A DNA stretch of 64,000 nucleotides from Bacteroidota bacterium (GTDB lineage Bacteria > Bacteroidota > Bacteroidia > Palsa-948): assembly GCA_003164895.1 (NCBI GenBank), contig PLUL01000055.1, positions 2,989 to 66,988 on the forward strand. The letters run 5' to 3'. This document shows positions 9,845-19,800 of the stretch, one piece after another. How positions within the stretch are numbered: the first letter of the stretch is position 1; every line of letters begins with the position of its first letter. Below the pieces are notes generated by a model, which did not search any database, was not told the origin of the DNA, and saw only the letters and a program-made list of their open reading frames with translations. Made by a program: the position numbers and the translations under genes.

Positions 9845-10897
9845 ATGCAAAAGAAAAACATCCGCGCAATTCCAAAAGAAGAAATCACCAGTTTTTTTTT
9901 AGAAAATGGCGACAAAGCATTTCGTGCAAAACAAGTGTACGAATGGCTGTGGAAAAAATCTGCCCGCTCATTTGAGGAGATGACCAACATTCCGAAAGCA
10001 ACACGAGAATTACTAAACGAGAATTTTGCGATCAACGCGGTAACCATTGCCACCTCACAGATCAGTAAGGATAGAACCATAAAAAATGCTTTTCGCCTAC
10101 ACGATGGAAATATTGTTGAAGGAGTTCTAATCCCAACCGAAAGCAGAATGACTGCCTGCATTTCTTCTCAAGTGGGTTGCAGCTTGACCTGTGCTTTTTG
10201 TGCAACAGGAAAATTAGAAAGGTTGCGCAACTTAGATGCAGATGAAATGTACGACCAGGTTGCCATCATCAAAAAACAGGCGGAAGAAAAATACGGAATC
10301 TCACTTTCAAATATTGTTTATATGGGAATGGGAGAACCTTTGCTGAACTACAAAAATGTTCTGGAGTCGGTAGAAAAAATTACTTCTCCTGAAGGGTTGG
10401 GAATGTCACCGCAACGCATCACGATTTCCACAGCAGGAATTGCGAAGATGATAAAAAAATTAGGCGATGATAAAGTGAAATTCAATTTCGCTCTTTCTCT
10501 CCATGCTGCCAACGATGAAAAGAGAAATAAAATTATGCCCATCAATGAACAGAATTCTTTGGAAGCACTTGCTGATGCACTCAAATATTTTTACGAGAAG
10601 ACCGGAACGCGCGTAACCTACGAATACATCGTGTTCAAAGATTTCAACGATGATATTTCAGACGCAAAAGAACTGGAAACTTTCTGCCGAATCGTTCCCT
10701 GCAAAGTAAATATCATCGAATATAATCCCATCGGAGATTCTGAATATCACCAGACAACGGAACCGCGTTTGAAAAAATTTGTGAGCTATTTGGAAAGCAA
10801 AAATATTATTGTCAATGTTCGCAAGAGCAGGGGAAAAGATATTGACGCGGCTTGCGGGCAACTGGCGAACAAAAATAAAACTGCTATCAAGAAATAA
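9845..10897 (+). CDS. rlmN: 23S rRNA (adenine2503-C2)/tRNA methyltransferase, radical SAM
   Basis: 'CISSQVGCSLTCAFCATG', 'MGMGEPL', 'SLHA', 'DIDAACGQL'. Start placed at ATG 9845, downstream of a TAAATTCG box. Confidence 0.96.
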   Translation: MQKKNIRAIPKEEITSFFLENGDKAFRAKQVYEWLWKKSARSFEEMTNIPKATRELLNENFAINAVTIATSQISKDRTIKNAFRLHDGNIVEGVLIPTESRMTACISSQVGCSLTCAFCATGKLERLRNLDADEMYDQVAIIKKQAEEKYGISLSNIVYMGMGEPLLNYKNVLESVEKITSPEGLGMSPQRITISTAGIAKMIKKLGDDKVKFNFALSLHAANDEKRNKIMPINEQNSLEALADALKYFYEKTGTRVTYEYIVFKDFNDDISDAKELETFCRIVPCKVNIIEYNPIGDSEYHQTTEPRLKKFVSYLESKNIIVNVRKSRGKDIDAACGQLANKNKTAIKK

Positions 10898-10906
10898 AAT
10901 CATTAC

Positions 10907-10914
10907 TACATTTG
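10907..10914 (+). promoter_or_regulatory. Bacteroidota -7 promoter box (TACATTTG)
   Basis: Exact TAnnTTTG match 4 nt upstream of ATG 10919. Confidence 0.7.
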
Positions 10915-10918
10915 AAGC

Positions 10919-11896
10919 ATGTCTGTTTCGGTTGAAAATATAAAAGCGCCTGTCCGTAAAGAGATGGAGGAATTTGAAATAAAATTTCGAGAATCCATGC
11001 GCAGTCATGTTCCGCTTCTCGATAAAATCATGCACTACATCGTAAAGCGTAAAGGAAAACAGTTACGACCGATGTTTGTTTTTCTTGCAGCAAAAACATG
11101 TGGTGAGATGAATGATTCCACATATCGTGCTGCATCGCTGATAGAATTGCTTCACACCGCCACGCTTGTCCATGATGATGTGGTGGATGATTCGCATATC
11201 CGCAGAGGATTTTTTTCGCTCAACGCTCTATGGAAAAATAAAATTGCCGTGCTGGTCGGCGACTATCTTCTCTCCAAAGGATTGTTATTGTCGGTGGATA
11301 ACAAGGATTACGAATTGCTCGGAATTGTTTCCAACGCAGTGAGAGAAATGAGTGAAGGAGAACTTTTGCAGATTGAAAAGGCAAGGCGATTAGATGTGGA
11401 TGAACCGATTTATTTTGAAATCATCCGCCAGAAAACTGCGGTGCTGATCGCATCGTGTTGTTCCTGCGGTGCGGCATCGGTGGGAAGCAATGCGGAAACA
11501 ATTGAGAAGATGAGATTGTTCGGAGAACAAACCGGAATTGCATTTCAAATCAAGGATGATCTTTTTGATTTTGGAACTGAAACCGACATTGGCAAACCGA
11601 CCGGTAATGACATCAAGGAAAAAAAATTTACGCTTCCATTAATTTATGCGCTGAACAACGCATCTTTTTTTGACAAAAGAAAAATAATCAACACAATAAA
11701 AAACAATCAGGATGATCCTGAAAAAATTGCAAAAGTGGTTGACTTCGTATTGAAGAGCGGTGGGATTGAATACGCAACGAAAAAAATGAATGAACACAAA
11801 GACAAAGCATTGCAGTTGCTTTCTTCATTTAAAGACAGCGAAGCTAAAAACGCGCTGGAGCAATTAGTGCTTTATACAATAGAAAGAAAAAAATAA
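10919..11896 (+). CDS. Polyprenyl (octaprenyl-type) diphosphate synthase
   Basis: 'GKQLRP', 'HTATLVHDDVVD...RRG', 'GIAFQIKDD', 'GKPTGNDIKE'. Confidence 0.93.
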   Translation: MSVSVENIKAPVRKEMEEFEIKFRESMRSHVPLLDKIMHYIVKRKGKQLRPMFVFLAAKTCGEMNDSTYRAASLIELLHTATLVHDDVVDDSHIRRGFFSLNALWKNKIAVLVGDYLLSKGLLLSVDNKDYELLGIVSNAVREMSEGELLQIEKARRLDVDEPIYFEIIRQKTAVLIASCCSCGAASVGSNAETIEKMRLFGEQTGIAFQIKDDLFDFGTETDIGKPTGNDIKEKKFTLPLIYALNNASFFDKRKIINTIKNNQDDPEKIAKVVDFVLKSGGIEYATKKMNEHKDKALQLLSSFKDSEAKNALEQLVLYTIERKK

Positions 11897-11901
11897 ACTG
11901 T

Positions 11902-12348
11902 ATGAAAACAAAATTTATTTTATTATCGCTTATAGCTTACGGCTTATGCCTTGTCTCTTGTTCATCAGGCACAAAAGACAAAGAAAAAACAAGCAACGTT
12001 GATACTTCCATGCGTGGGCTTACCGGCGTGATAGAAAAAAATCCTCCGGTGCAGCAGGGAGATTATATTACAAAATATCCCAGCGGAGTTGTAAAGATGA
12101 GAGGTTTTTATGTGAACGGTAAACGCAACGGGCAATGGATAAGTTTTTTTGAGAATGGAAATATGCAGAGTGAAGGATTTTTTAAAGACGGGCTACGTGA
12201 CGGCAAAGCAACTGTATATTACGAAAACGGAAAAATTTATTACGAAGGCGCTTACAAAGACGGCAAGGAAGTTGGCAAATGGATTTTTTATAATGTGGAA
12301 GGAAAAAAAATAAATGAAAAAGATTATGATGTGAAACCGAATTCATAA
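11902..12348 (+). CDS. Lipoprotein with MORN-variant repeats
   Basis: Lipobox LVS-C. Repeats 'G.Y.NGKRNGQW..F.ENG', 'G.FKDG.RDG...YYENG', 'G.YKDGKEVGKW'. Confidence 0.85.
   Translation: MKTKFILLSLIAYGLCLVSCSSGTKDKEKTSNVDTSMRGLTGVIEKNPPVQQGDYITKYPSGVVKMRGFYVNGKRNGQWISFFENGNMQSEGFFKDGLRDGKATVYYENGKIYYEGAYKDGKEVGKWIFYNVEGKKINEKDYDVKPNS
11923..11957 (+). repeat. Degenerate 7-nt array (TTAYRGC)n encoding the lipoprotein signal-peptide core
   Basis: ttatcgc ttatagc ttacggc ttatgcc ttgtctc; encodes LSLIAYGLCLVS. Confidence 0.75.
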
Positions 12349-12388
12349 TTGAAATAAAATAAGGTAATGAAGTTTTTTCAGAAAATTG

Positions 12389-12418
12389 TTTGTTTTGTAA
12401 TAATTAGTTTTACTTTTG
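12389..12418 (+). promoter_or_regulatory. Bacteroidota sigma-A promoter (-33 TTTG, -7 TACTTTTG) of the porin-mgtA operon
   Basis: TTTG at 12389-12392 and TACTTTTG at 12411-12418, 18-nt spacer. Confidence 0.7.
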
Positions 12419-12442
12419 CCTAGAAATATTTAAAATCATAAA

Positions 12443-12481
12443 ATGGACCCTGGTTCGAGTTGCAAGAAATTATTAATCTAA
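12443..12481 (+). CDS. Candidate leader peptide MDPGSSCKKLLI (MgtL-like uORF)
   Basis: ATG in an A-rich context (aaaatcataaaATG), 12 codons plus TAA, between the promoter and the porin gene. The first three residues, MDP, match Salmonella MgtL. Confidence 0.5.
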   Translation: MDPGSSCKKLLI

Positions 12482-12496
12482 CCCACTGCATCGGAC

Positions 12497-12539
12497 GGCT
12501 TTTGCTTTCCCTTGTTTTAAGGGGTAAAACGCAAAAGTC
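12497..12539 (+). promoter_or_regulatory. Long hairpin abutting the porin start codon (candidate translational attenuator)
   Basis: ggcttttgc (12497-12505) pairs with gcaaaagtc (12531-12539); inner stem ccctt/aaggg; ATG follows at 12540. Confidence 0.6.
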
Positions 12540-14060
12540 ATGGAAAGGAAAAAAATCCATCAGGCACAACAAGCAATCGTTTTTTCGGCATTGCTTTTCA
12601 CTTCCATTAAAGTTAAGAGTGAGCCGAGGGATACAACCGAAATACCAAGCTTTTCTTTTTATTCACAATCAACTTATTCTGATCAGCAAAAATTATTTTT
12701 GAAGCCACTTAATTCTGATTTAAGTCAAAATAAAAAAAATATTCCAAAGTTCAATTTCATCGCCAACGATGAGTTAGGAAAAGATTCTGTTGCAAAGTGG
12801 ACATTGCATATTCAGGTTTCAACAGTTTATCAATATCATCCGGCTTTTGAGGTTCCTTATTCTGGAGCAAAAAGTTTAAGTAATTCGGCAGATAATGCTT
12901 TATCTATTACGCACACAATTTTTCTTGGTAGAAAACTGTGGAAGAATGCTGCCTTTTATTTTAATCCTGAATTGACCGGAGGAAATGGTTTTAACGGAGC
13001 AACCGGAATTGCCGGATTTCCGAATGGCGAAATTTATCGCGTGGGAAATCCAACGCCAACGCCATTTGTCGCTCGAGCATTTTTTCAGCAAATTATTTCT
13101 TTAGGAAATTCAGAGATTGAAAATTTGTCAAGCGACATTAATCAACTTAAAGGGAAAAAGCCAACTTCAAGAATTGTAATTTCTATTGGTAAATTTTGTT
13201 TGGCAGATTTTTTTGATGCAAATTCGTATAATCACGATGCGCGCACACAATTTTTAAATTGGTCGTTGATGGCGCATGGAGCGTGGGATTTTCCGGCAGA
13301 CACCCGCGGATATACCGAAGGCGGAGTTATAGAATTAATCAAACCGATGTGGTCAATACGCGCATCGTCCGTAGCTGTCCCCAATCAGGCAAATCATTTG
13401 CCGATGGAATATAGTTTGAATTCTTCCACCCGCGCACATTCCGAAACGATTGAGTACGAAAGAAAATGGAAGTTGAAAAATCACCCGGGCACGATACGTG
13501 GAACTTTATTTGCAACTTTTTGCAGAGCGCCAAAATATACGGATGCAATTAATCAGATGGCAAAAGGAGACAGCATTTTGGAAAAAATAATTTCAAGCGA
13601 AGTGGAAGGAACAACTTTCACCGGAAAAAAATATGGTTATGGAATTAATATCGAACAGGAAATAATAGCAGGTGTTGGAATATTTTCAAGATGGAGTTGG
13701 AACGATGGACATTATGCTACTTGGGCTTTTACCGATATTGACCGTAGTTTGCAATTAGGATTTACCATTCACGGAAATTATTGGAAACGCGCTGCTGATT
13801 TATTTGGAATTGCAGGAGTGGTGAATGGCTTATCTCCAGACCACATTGATTACTTGAAGGCAGGCGGAATTGGTGTTATCGTTGGTGATGGAAAATTAAA
13901 TTATGGATATGAATATATTATGGAAACGTTTTACCGAATTCAGCTTGCACAATCAGTGCAGGTTTCACCTGATTATCAGTTGGTGGTAAATCCTGCTTAT
14001 AATAAAGATAGAAAAGGTCCGGTTAACATATATGGAATCCGAATTCATGTTGGATTCTGA
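12540..14060 (+). CDS. Outer-membrane porin, OprB/MnoP-like (candidate divalent-cation porin)
   Basis: 'FYFNPE', 'GFPNGE..RVG', 'GKF..ADFFDAN.Y.HD.RTQFLNW', 'GAWDFPADTRGYT', 'PDYQ...NPAYN.DR.GPV', terminal Phe (RIHVGF). Confidence 0.8.
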   Translation: MERKKIHQAQQAIVFSALLFTSIKVKSEPRDTTEIPSFSFYSQSTYSDQQKLFLKPLNSDLSQNKKNIPKFNFIANDELGKDSVAKWTLHIQVSTVYQYHPAFEVPYSGAKSLSNSADNALSITHTIFLGRKLWKNAAFYFNPELTGGNGFNGATGIAGFPNGEIYRVGNPTPTPFVARAFFQQIISLGNSEIENLSSDINQLKGKKPTSRIVISIGKFCLADFFDANSYNHDARTQFLNWSLMAHGAWDFPADTRGYTEGGVIELIKPMWSIRASSVAVPNQANHLPMEYSLNSSTRAHSETIEYERKWKLKNHPGTIRGTLFATFCRAPKYTDAINQMAKGDSILEKIISSEVEGTTFTGKKYGYGINIEQEIIAGVGIFSRWSWNDGHYATWAFTDIDRSLQLGFTIHGNYWKRAADLFGIAGVVNGLSPDHIDYLKAGGIGVIVGDGKLNYGYEYIMETFYRIQLAQSVQVSPDYQLVVNPAYNKDRKGPVNIYGIRIHVGF

Positions 14061-14090
14061 AAAATAAAAATCATAAAATAAAATCAGATT

Positions 14091-16808
14091 ATGATTACCA
14101 CAAAAATAAAAGAACAGCTAAAAAGTAAAAATCCTTTTTCCAAATCAGGAACAAACGGATTTGATGAAGCCGCAGGAAATAAGCTTCGCGAAATTGCCCG
14201 AAGCGAAAGCAGTGCATTTTTTTCAACGCTAGACAGCAGTATGGATGGGCTTACAATAAATCAAGTTGAAGAAAAACAAAATCAATTCGGGAAAAATGAA
14301 ATTCAACATGAAAAACCGCCTTCATGGTTCAATCAATTATTACATGCGTTTATTTTTCCTTTCAATGCAGTGCTGATTATCATCGCTTCTATTTCATTTC
14401 TGACAGATGTGTTATTTGCAAAACCTGAGGATAGAGATTTTAAAACAATCATTTTACTTTCTCTTATGATTTTGCTTAGCTCTTTGATTCGGTTTTGGCA
14501 GGAATTCAAAAGCAACAAAGCTGCAGAGACATTAAAGGGAATGATTAAAACCACTGCAACTGTTTTGCGGAAAGAAACCGGTAAACAGGAAATTGATATC
14601 AGAGAATTAGTGCCGGGAGATATTATTTTTCTTTCTGCCGGAGATATGATACCGGCTGATTGCCGTGTCATTCAATCGAAAGATTTATTCATCAGCCAAT
14701 CCATGCTCACCGGAGAATCCTTGCCTGTTGAAAAAAGAAATATTGTTATTACGGACAGCGATAAGAAATTACCTCTTGAATTGGATAATATTTGTTTCAT
14801 GGGAACAAATGTGGCAAGCGGCACTGCCATGGCGATTGTAGTTGTTACAGGAGATAAAACTTATTTCGGTTCATTGAGTAAAGCCATCACCGGCAAAGGT
14901 CAAACTATTGAAACCAGTTTTGATAAAGGCGTAAAAAGTGTAAGTTTTTTGCTTATCCGTTTCATGTTAGTTATGGTGCCATTGGTGTTTCTGATAAATG
15001 GTTTTACCAAAGGCACTTGGCTCGAAGCATTGATTTTCGCTATTACAGTTGCTGTGGGGTTAACTCCCGAAATGCTGCCCATGATTGTTACCACCAATCT
15101 TGCAAAAGGTGCGGTGAATATGAGCAAACGAAAAGTGATTGTGAAACGCCTAAATGCAATTCAGAATATTGGTGCGATGGATATTCTTTGCACAGATAAA
15201 ACCGGAACATTGACAATGGACAAAATTGTTTTGGAAAGACATTTGAATGTTTTGGGAGATGAAGACGATGAGGTTTTGAAATGGGCGTATCTAAATAGTT
15301 TCCACCAAACCGGATTAAAGAATTTATTGGACTTATCGGTATTGGAACATGCAGAAGTGCGCAACTGTATAAAAGCAGATGAACATTATCAAAAAGTGGA
15401 TGAGATACCATTTGATTTTCAACGCAGAAGAATGTCGGTGATACTGAAACAAAGCAACGGCAAACATTTGCTTATCTGCAAAGGTGCGGTGGAAGAAATG
15501 CTGAATGTGTGTTCTCATGCTTTTGACCCTGGAGACGACAAAGAATTACATATTGAATTAGATAAAATTGTTCCGATTGATTCTGAAGTTCGGGAAATTA
15601 TTTTAAACACTTCCAAGAAATTAAATGAAGATGGATTACGCGTTTTATTGGTTGCGATAAAGGAATATGATGAGCGTTCACTTACCTATTCAATTGCCGA
15701 TGAAAGTAATATGGTGCTCACAGGTTTTATCGGATTCCTTGATCCGGCAAAACCTTCGGCAAAACCTGCCATTGAAGAGCTTCAAAAATTAGGTGTCAGC
15801 ATTAAAATTTTAACCGGAGATAATGAAATTGTTACCAGAAAAATTTGCCGTGATGTGGGAATGCCTGTCAACAATGTTTTGTTAGGCAGAGAAGTTGAGA
15901 AAATGAATGATGATGAGTTGACGGAAAAATTAGAATCAACAAACATACTTGCCAAACTCAATCCAATTCAAAAATCCCGCATCGTAAAATTATTGCAGGC
16001 AAAAGGACATACCGTTGGATTTATGGGTGATGGTATTAACGATGCAGCCGCGTTGCACGATGCCGATGTAGGTATTTCGGTTGACACCGCTGTGGACATT
16101 GCTAAAGAAAGTGCAGATATTATTTTACTTGAAAATGATTTAATGGTGCTTCGCAAAGGCGTGATTTACGGACGCAGAACTTTTGGCAACATTATCAAAT
16201 ATATTAAGATGACTGCCAGCAGCAATTTCGGAAATATGTTCAGTGTGTTGGGAGCAAGTGCATTTCTTCCGTTTCTGCCGATGTTACCCATTCATATTCT
16301 GGTGCAAAATCTTTTGTACGATATTTCGCAAATCTCAATTCCTTGGGATAAAATGGATAAAGAATTTATTGAGAAGCCGCAAAAATGGGATACCGCAGGC
16401 ATTACACGTTTTATGTTTTTTATTGGACCCATCAGTTCGATTTTTGATTATGCAACTTTCGCATTAATGTTTTTCTTTTTCAAAGCAAATTTACCGGAAC
16501 ACCAAAGTTTATTTCAATCGGGTTGGTTCATCGAAGGATTATTATCGCAAACACTCATCGTGCACATGATACGCACGAGAAAAATTCCTTTCATACAAAG
16601 TTGGGCGGCAACACCTGTGGTGGCTCTGACTTCATTGGTTATGGCAATCGGAATTTTTATTCCGTTTTCTCCGTTTGCATCGGCATTAAAATTACAAGCA
16701 TTGCCATTAAGTTATTTTCCGTTCCTGATAATAATATTAGTCAGCTATTGCGTGCTTACACAAATCGTAAAAAATTGGTACATAAAAAAATTCAGTAAAT
16801 GGTTATAA
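14091..16808 (+). CDS. mgtA: Magnesium-translocating P-type ATPase
   Basis: 'LTGESLPVEK', 'AVGLTPEMLP', 'DKTGTLT', 'FDFQRRRMSV', 'GDGINDA', 'ASSNFGN', 'FQSGWFIEGLLSQTL'. Confidence 0.96.
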   Translation: MITTKIKEQLKSKNPFSKSGTNGFDEAAGNKLREIARSESSAFFSTLDSSMDGLTINQVEEKQNQFGKNEIQHEKPPSWFNQLLHAFIFPFNAVLIIIASISFLTDVLFAKPEDRDFKTIILLSLMILLSSLIRFWQEFKSNKAAETLKGMIKTTATVLRKETGKQEIDIRELVPGDIIFLSAGDMIPADCRVIQSKDLFISQSMLTGESLPVEKRNIVITDSDKKLPLELDNICFMGTNVASGTAMAIVVVTGDKTYFGSLSKAITGKGQTIETSFDKGVKSVSFLLIRFMLVMVPLVFLINGFTKGTWLEALIFAITVAVGLTPEMLPMIVTTNLAKGAVNMSKRKVIVKRLNAIQNIGAMDILCTDKTGTLTMDKIVLERHLNVLGDEDDEVLKWAYLNSFHQTGLKNLLDLSVLEHAEVRNCIKADEHYQKVDEIPFDFQRRRMSVILKQSNGKHLLICKGAVEEMLNVCSHAFDPGDDKELHIELDKIVPIDSEVREIILNTSKKLNEDGLRVLLVAIKEYDERSLTYSIADESNMVLTGFIGFLDPAKPSAKPAIEELQKLGVSIKILTGDNEIVTRKICRDVGMPVNNVLLGREVEKMNDDELTEKLESTNILAKLNPIQKSRIVKLLQAKGHTVGFMGDGINDAAALHDADVGISVDTAVDIAKESADIILLENDLMVLRKGVIYGRRTFGNIIKYIKMTASSNFGNMFSVLGASAFLPFLPMLPIHILVQNLLYDISQISIPWDKMDKEFIEKPQKWDTAGITRFMFFIGPISSIFDYATFALMFFFFKANLPEHQSLFQSGWFIEGLLSQTLIVHMIRTRKIPFIQSWAATPVVALTSLVMAIGIFIPFSPFASALKLQALPLSYFPFLIIILVSYCVLTQIVKNWYIKKFSKWL

Positions 16809-16819
16809 AGAAACTGCGG

Positions 16820-19800
16820 TTACCGTATCAAATACATTTTTCCAAAGCCCTGCGTAAAAAAGGAATCAGCGTTGCTGTCGAAATGGTCGAGAGATTTTCC
16901 GTTTAGCTGAGTAACCACTCGGTAAAGATAAACTCCAATTGCCAGCCGATCGCCAAACATATCTTTTCCGTCCCAGGCATAATCGGTAATATTTTTTCCG
17001 ATGTGAAGCGGACCCATTTCAAATTTGTCAATCTCCTTAACAATTTTTCCGGTGATGGTCATGATTTGTATCTTGAAATAATCCGGCACAGCCGATCCTG
17101 TGAGCGTGAATACAAATCGGGTGGAAGTAGAAAACGGATTCGGATAATTCAGCACATTGGTTATACTTGGCTTATTAATTACTTCAAACGATATTTGATA
17201 GGTGTTGCTTCCCGAAACATTTCCGCTGCGGTCTTTTGCCTGAACTTGTAATTGATAGGTGCCGTCAACCGTAAGGGCAGGCAAGTAAATTATTTTGCAG
17301 CTATTCTTTGGAAGAACTGCCGGCTGAAATGTAAGTTGGCTGGTGCTGTTAAACTGAAGCGTATCATACGTGCTTTTGTTTGGTCGCTTGAGATAAATAT
17401 TAAATGCCGAAGGATCGTTCAACGCAAGAAAAGTATTTTCATCCTTTACGGTAATAAGAATATCCGGTTTTGCCGAAACAATATCTCCGTTCATAATGTG
17501 CACACCATCAAATGTAACATCCAGCAAGGGATTTATTTTATCCACGTTGAGAGTGAACGGAACTGTGCCGATATTATTAAAATGATATTCCTCCGGCTGA
17601 TGATGAGAGTTGGAGTTATATCCATTTGCTTCAATCCAAACGCTGTTTACTCCTTGGGGCAGACTTGTTGTAACAAACGTTGTAGTTGCAATTGCAAAGC
17701 TGTCAACAAGTAATGGTTTGGAAAATTTGACGAGTTGTTTTGATATGTGGGGAGATGGAGGAGATGGAAATGTATGTCTGTTTGCATCCAGTATCCAGCT
17801 ATCAAACCACAAACTGTCCACCGTATAATCTCCAATGTTTTCAACTGCTATGCTCAACTTCACGCTGTCGCCTTGCTGAAGAGTGGGATTATGGAATGAA
17901 TAATGTTTTACAGGATTGAGCGAAACTTCAGGCACACCAACGTAATACAACTGCCATTTTTTGAGTTGAGGTGGTGTTTTCTTTGTTCTGTCTTTGGCAT
18001 ATCCAAGCAATTGTAAGTTGGGAAAGGAGTCGGCATTTATAGTAGTGTTAAGCCCATATATATCCCAAGTATTTTTTGTGATGTTTCTCATCAGCGTATC
18101 TGTAGTTCCGTTATTTCTAATACCAACTATAGAAACGGTCATGGTGTCGTATGCATCAGAAAGATATTTCCAGTGAAAAGAATTCCATTTGGAAGCAGGA
18201 CCTACTGTTTCCGAAAAAATTATTCCATTGGATCTTCTCACACCAAAAGTATCGGATAGAACAATCATAGAAGTATCGCTGCCGGCAATTTTTTCAATTG
18301 CATGACCACATTTCCTTCCAATGAGAATATACGGCAAATTATTTTGAATGTTTGGAAACTGTGTTCCACCTATTGATTGAAACGCTTGAACAAGTCCCGG
18401 ATTTGTATTCGGGCTATTACCTCCAAGCAAATCTCCCAGATTATTATTATCGCAGGTATATAAAATCACTTTACTTCCGCAGGGAATAGTATCCTGCAAA
18501 AAACGTCTGAGTATTTCTTGTTCAGCGGGAGTCCCTGTTTTAAAAAAGAATGATTTTATTGGCGGAGACAATGGTCCAATGAAATAACTTCCGTAATCTC
18601 CATTGCCAGAGTTCGACCAAACGTTGCCAGTAATAGGATCTATTACTGAAACTAATACATGAGTGGGCGTAGGATTAATTGCGCAAAGATAAGACCAATA
18701 GTTTAAAGCTATATTATCTTCAGAAAACGATATCAGGAAACCTAAATTATTACCCCGACCTTTTTTTGTGAAGTTAAGAGTGCTTACAGTAATGTTATGA
18801 TTTTGTTTTGCAAAATCAAATCTTCTTTGAAGTCGGTTTGTATCTATGTATTGAAAATAATCTCCTTTCAGGAATTGGAAAAAATGCGACTGTCCCCATC
18901 CTCGTTGATTAGGAATGTATTCAAATGAACTTTCTCTCCAGCGATAATGCTGATAATCGCTTGTGTCCCTTCTCACCCTCCAGTAATATACAGTGCTGTC
19001 TCTCAATGGATAATGAACCGGAGCCCATTTCACTACCGAACCTGATTGTTTGACTGTTTGAGTTCTCAGTAACGGGCTGTTGAACTTGTCGGTGGTATCA
19101 ATTTGAAAACTATAGGTGGCAATAGCAGCAAAGGGATTTGCCGTATTTGCTTTCAGCGTAACATTGTTGTTGGGAATAATTGCATACTTATATGGATAAA
19201 CCGGAATAATATCTCCCGAATAAATCATGAGCGATACATCATTTTGAGAAATACTATTATTCTGATATTGAATTTCAGGAATAACATTTCCAGAATCAAC
19301 ATAAACTGAAAAATTATTTAAACCCGGACCATGCACCGGATCAACAGGCATCGGTATGTGAAGGGTGTCTTTATAATAAATATGAGAAAGCGTTTGCGAA
19401 ACGCTGGAGGTGGTTCCATCCGGAAAAAATCTTTTCACAACTGTTTTTACAGGATGATTTATTGCTTTTCCAAGATTGGTAACGATAACATTTACCATAA
19501 AACTTTGTTGATATGTGGAAACATACGAAGGAGTAAAATACACGGATGAAGAAGTTACTGAATAATCGGGTAATTTGCTGGAGTGAATAATAACCGAAGG
19601 ATCTCCTTCCAATGTCATTTCAAGAACAGTGGCATTCATTAAATTGGTTCCAGTTGGATTATTTGCATTTCCTTCTACATTTTTGAAAGCCGTTTGAATT
19701 TGTTTTCCTACGGATTTTCCGTATAACCAGTTTCCTATTTCATGATGCAAATCGGTAAGAAGTTGTTCTCCTTCTGGCACCGTTCCAAGTCCTGCGTCAG

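Noticed and set aside
11902-12348. Toxin-antitoxin (YwqK-like antitoxin) interpretation
   Set aside because: MORN-variant repeats are generic, the protein has a lipobox, and there is no adjacent toxin gene.
12460-12702. 80-aa ORF over the porin leader
   Set aside because: TTG start, overlaps the porin in another frame and has no recognisable features. The 12443 uORF has a better initiation context.
17751-17768. ggagatgga x2 in porU2 (PSPPSP)
   Set aside because: The 9-nt period is codon-compatible and there are only two copies, so it is not counted with the 7/8-nt arrays.
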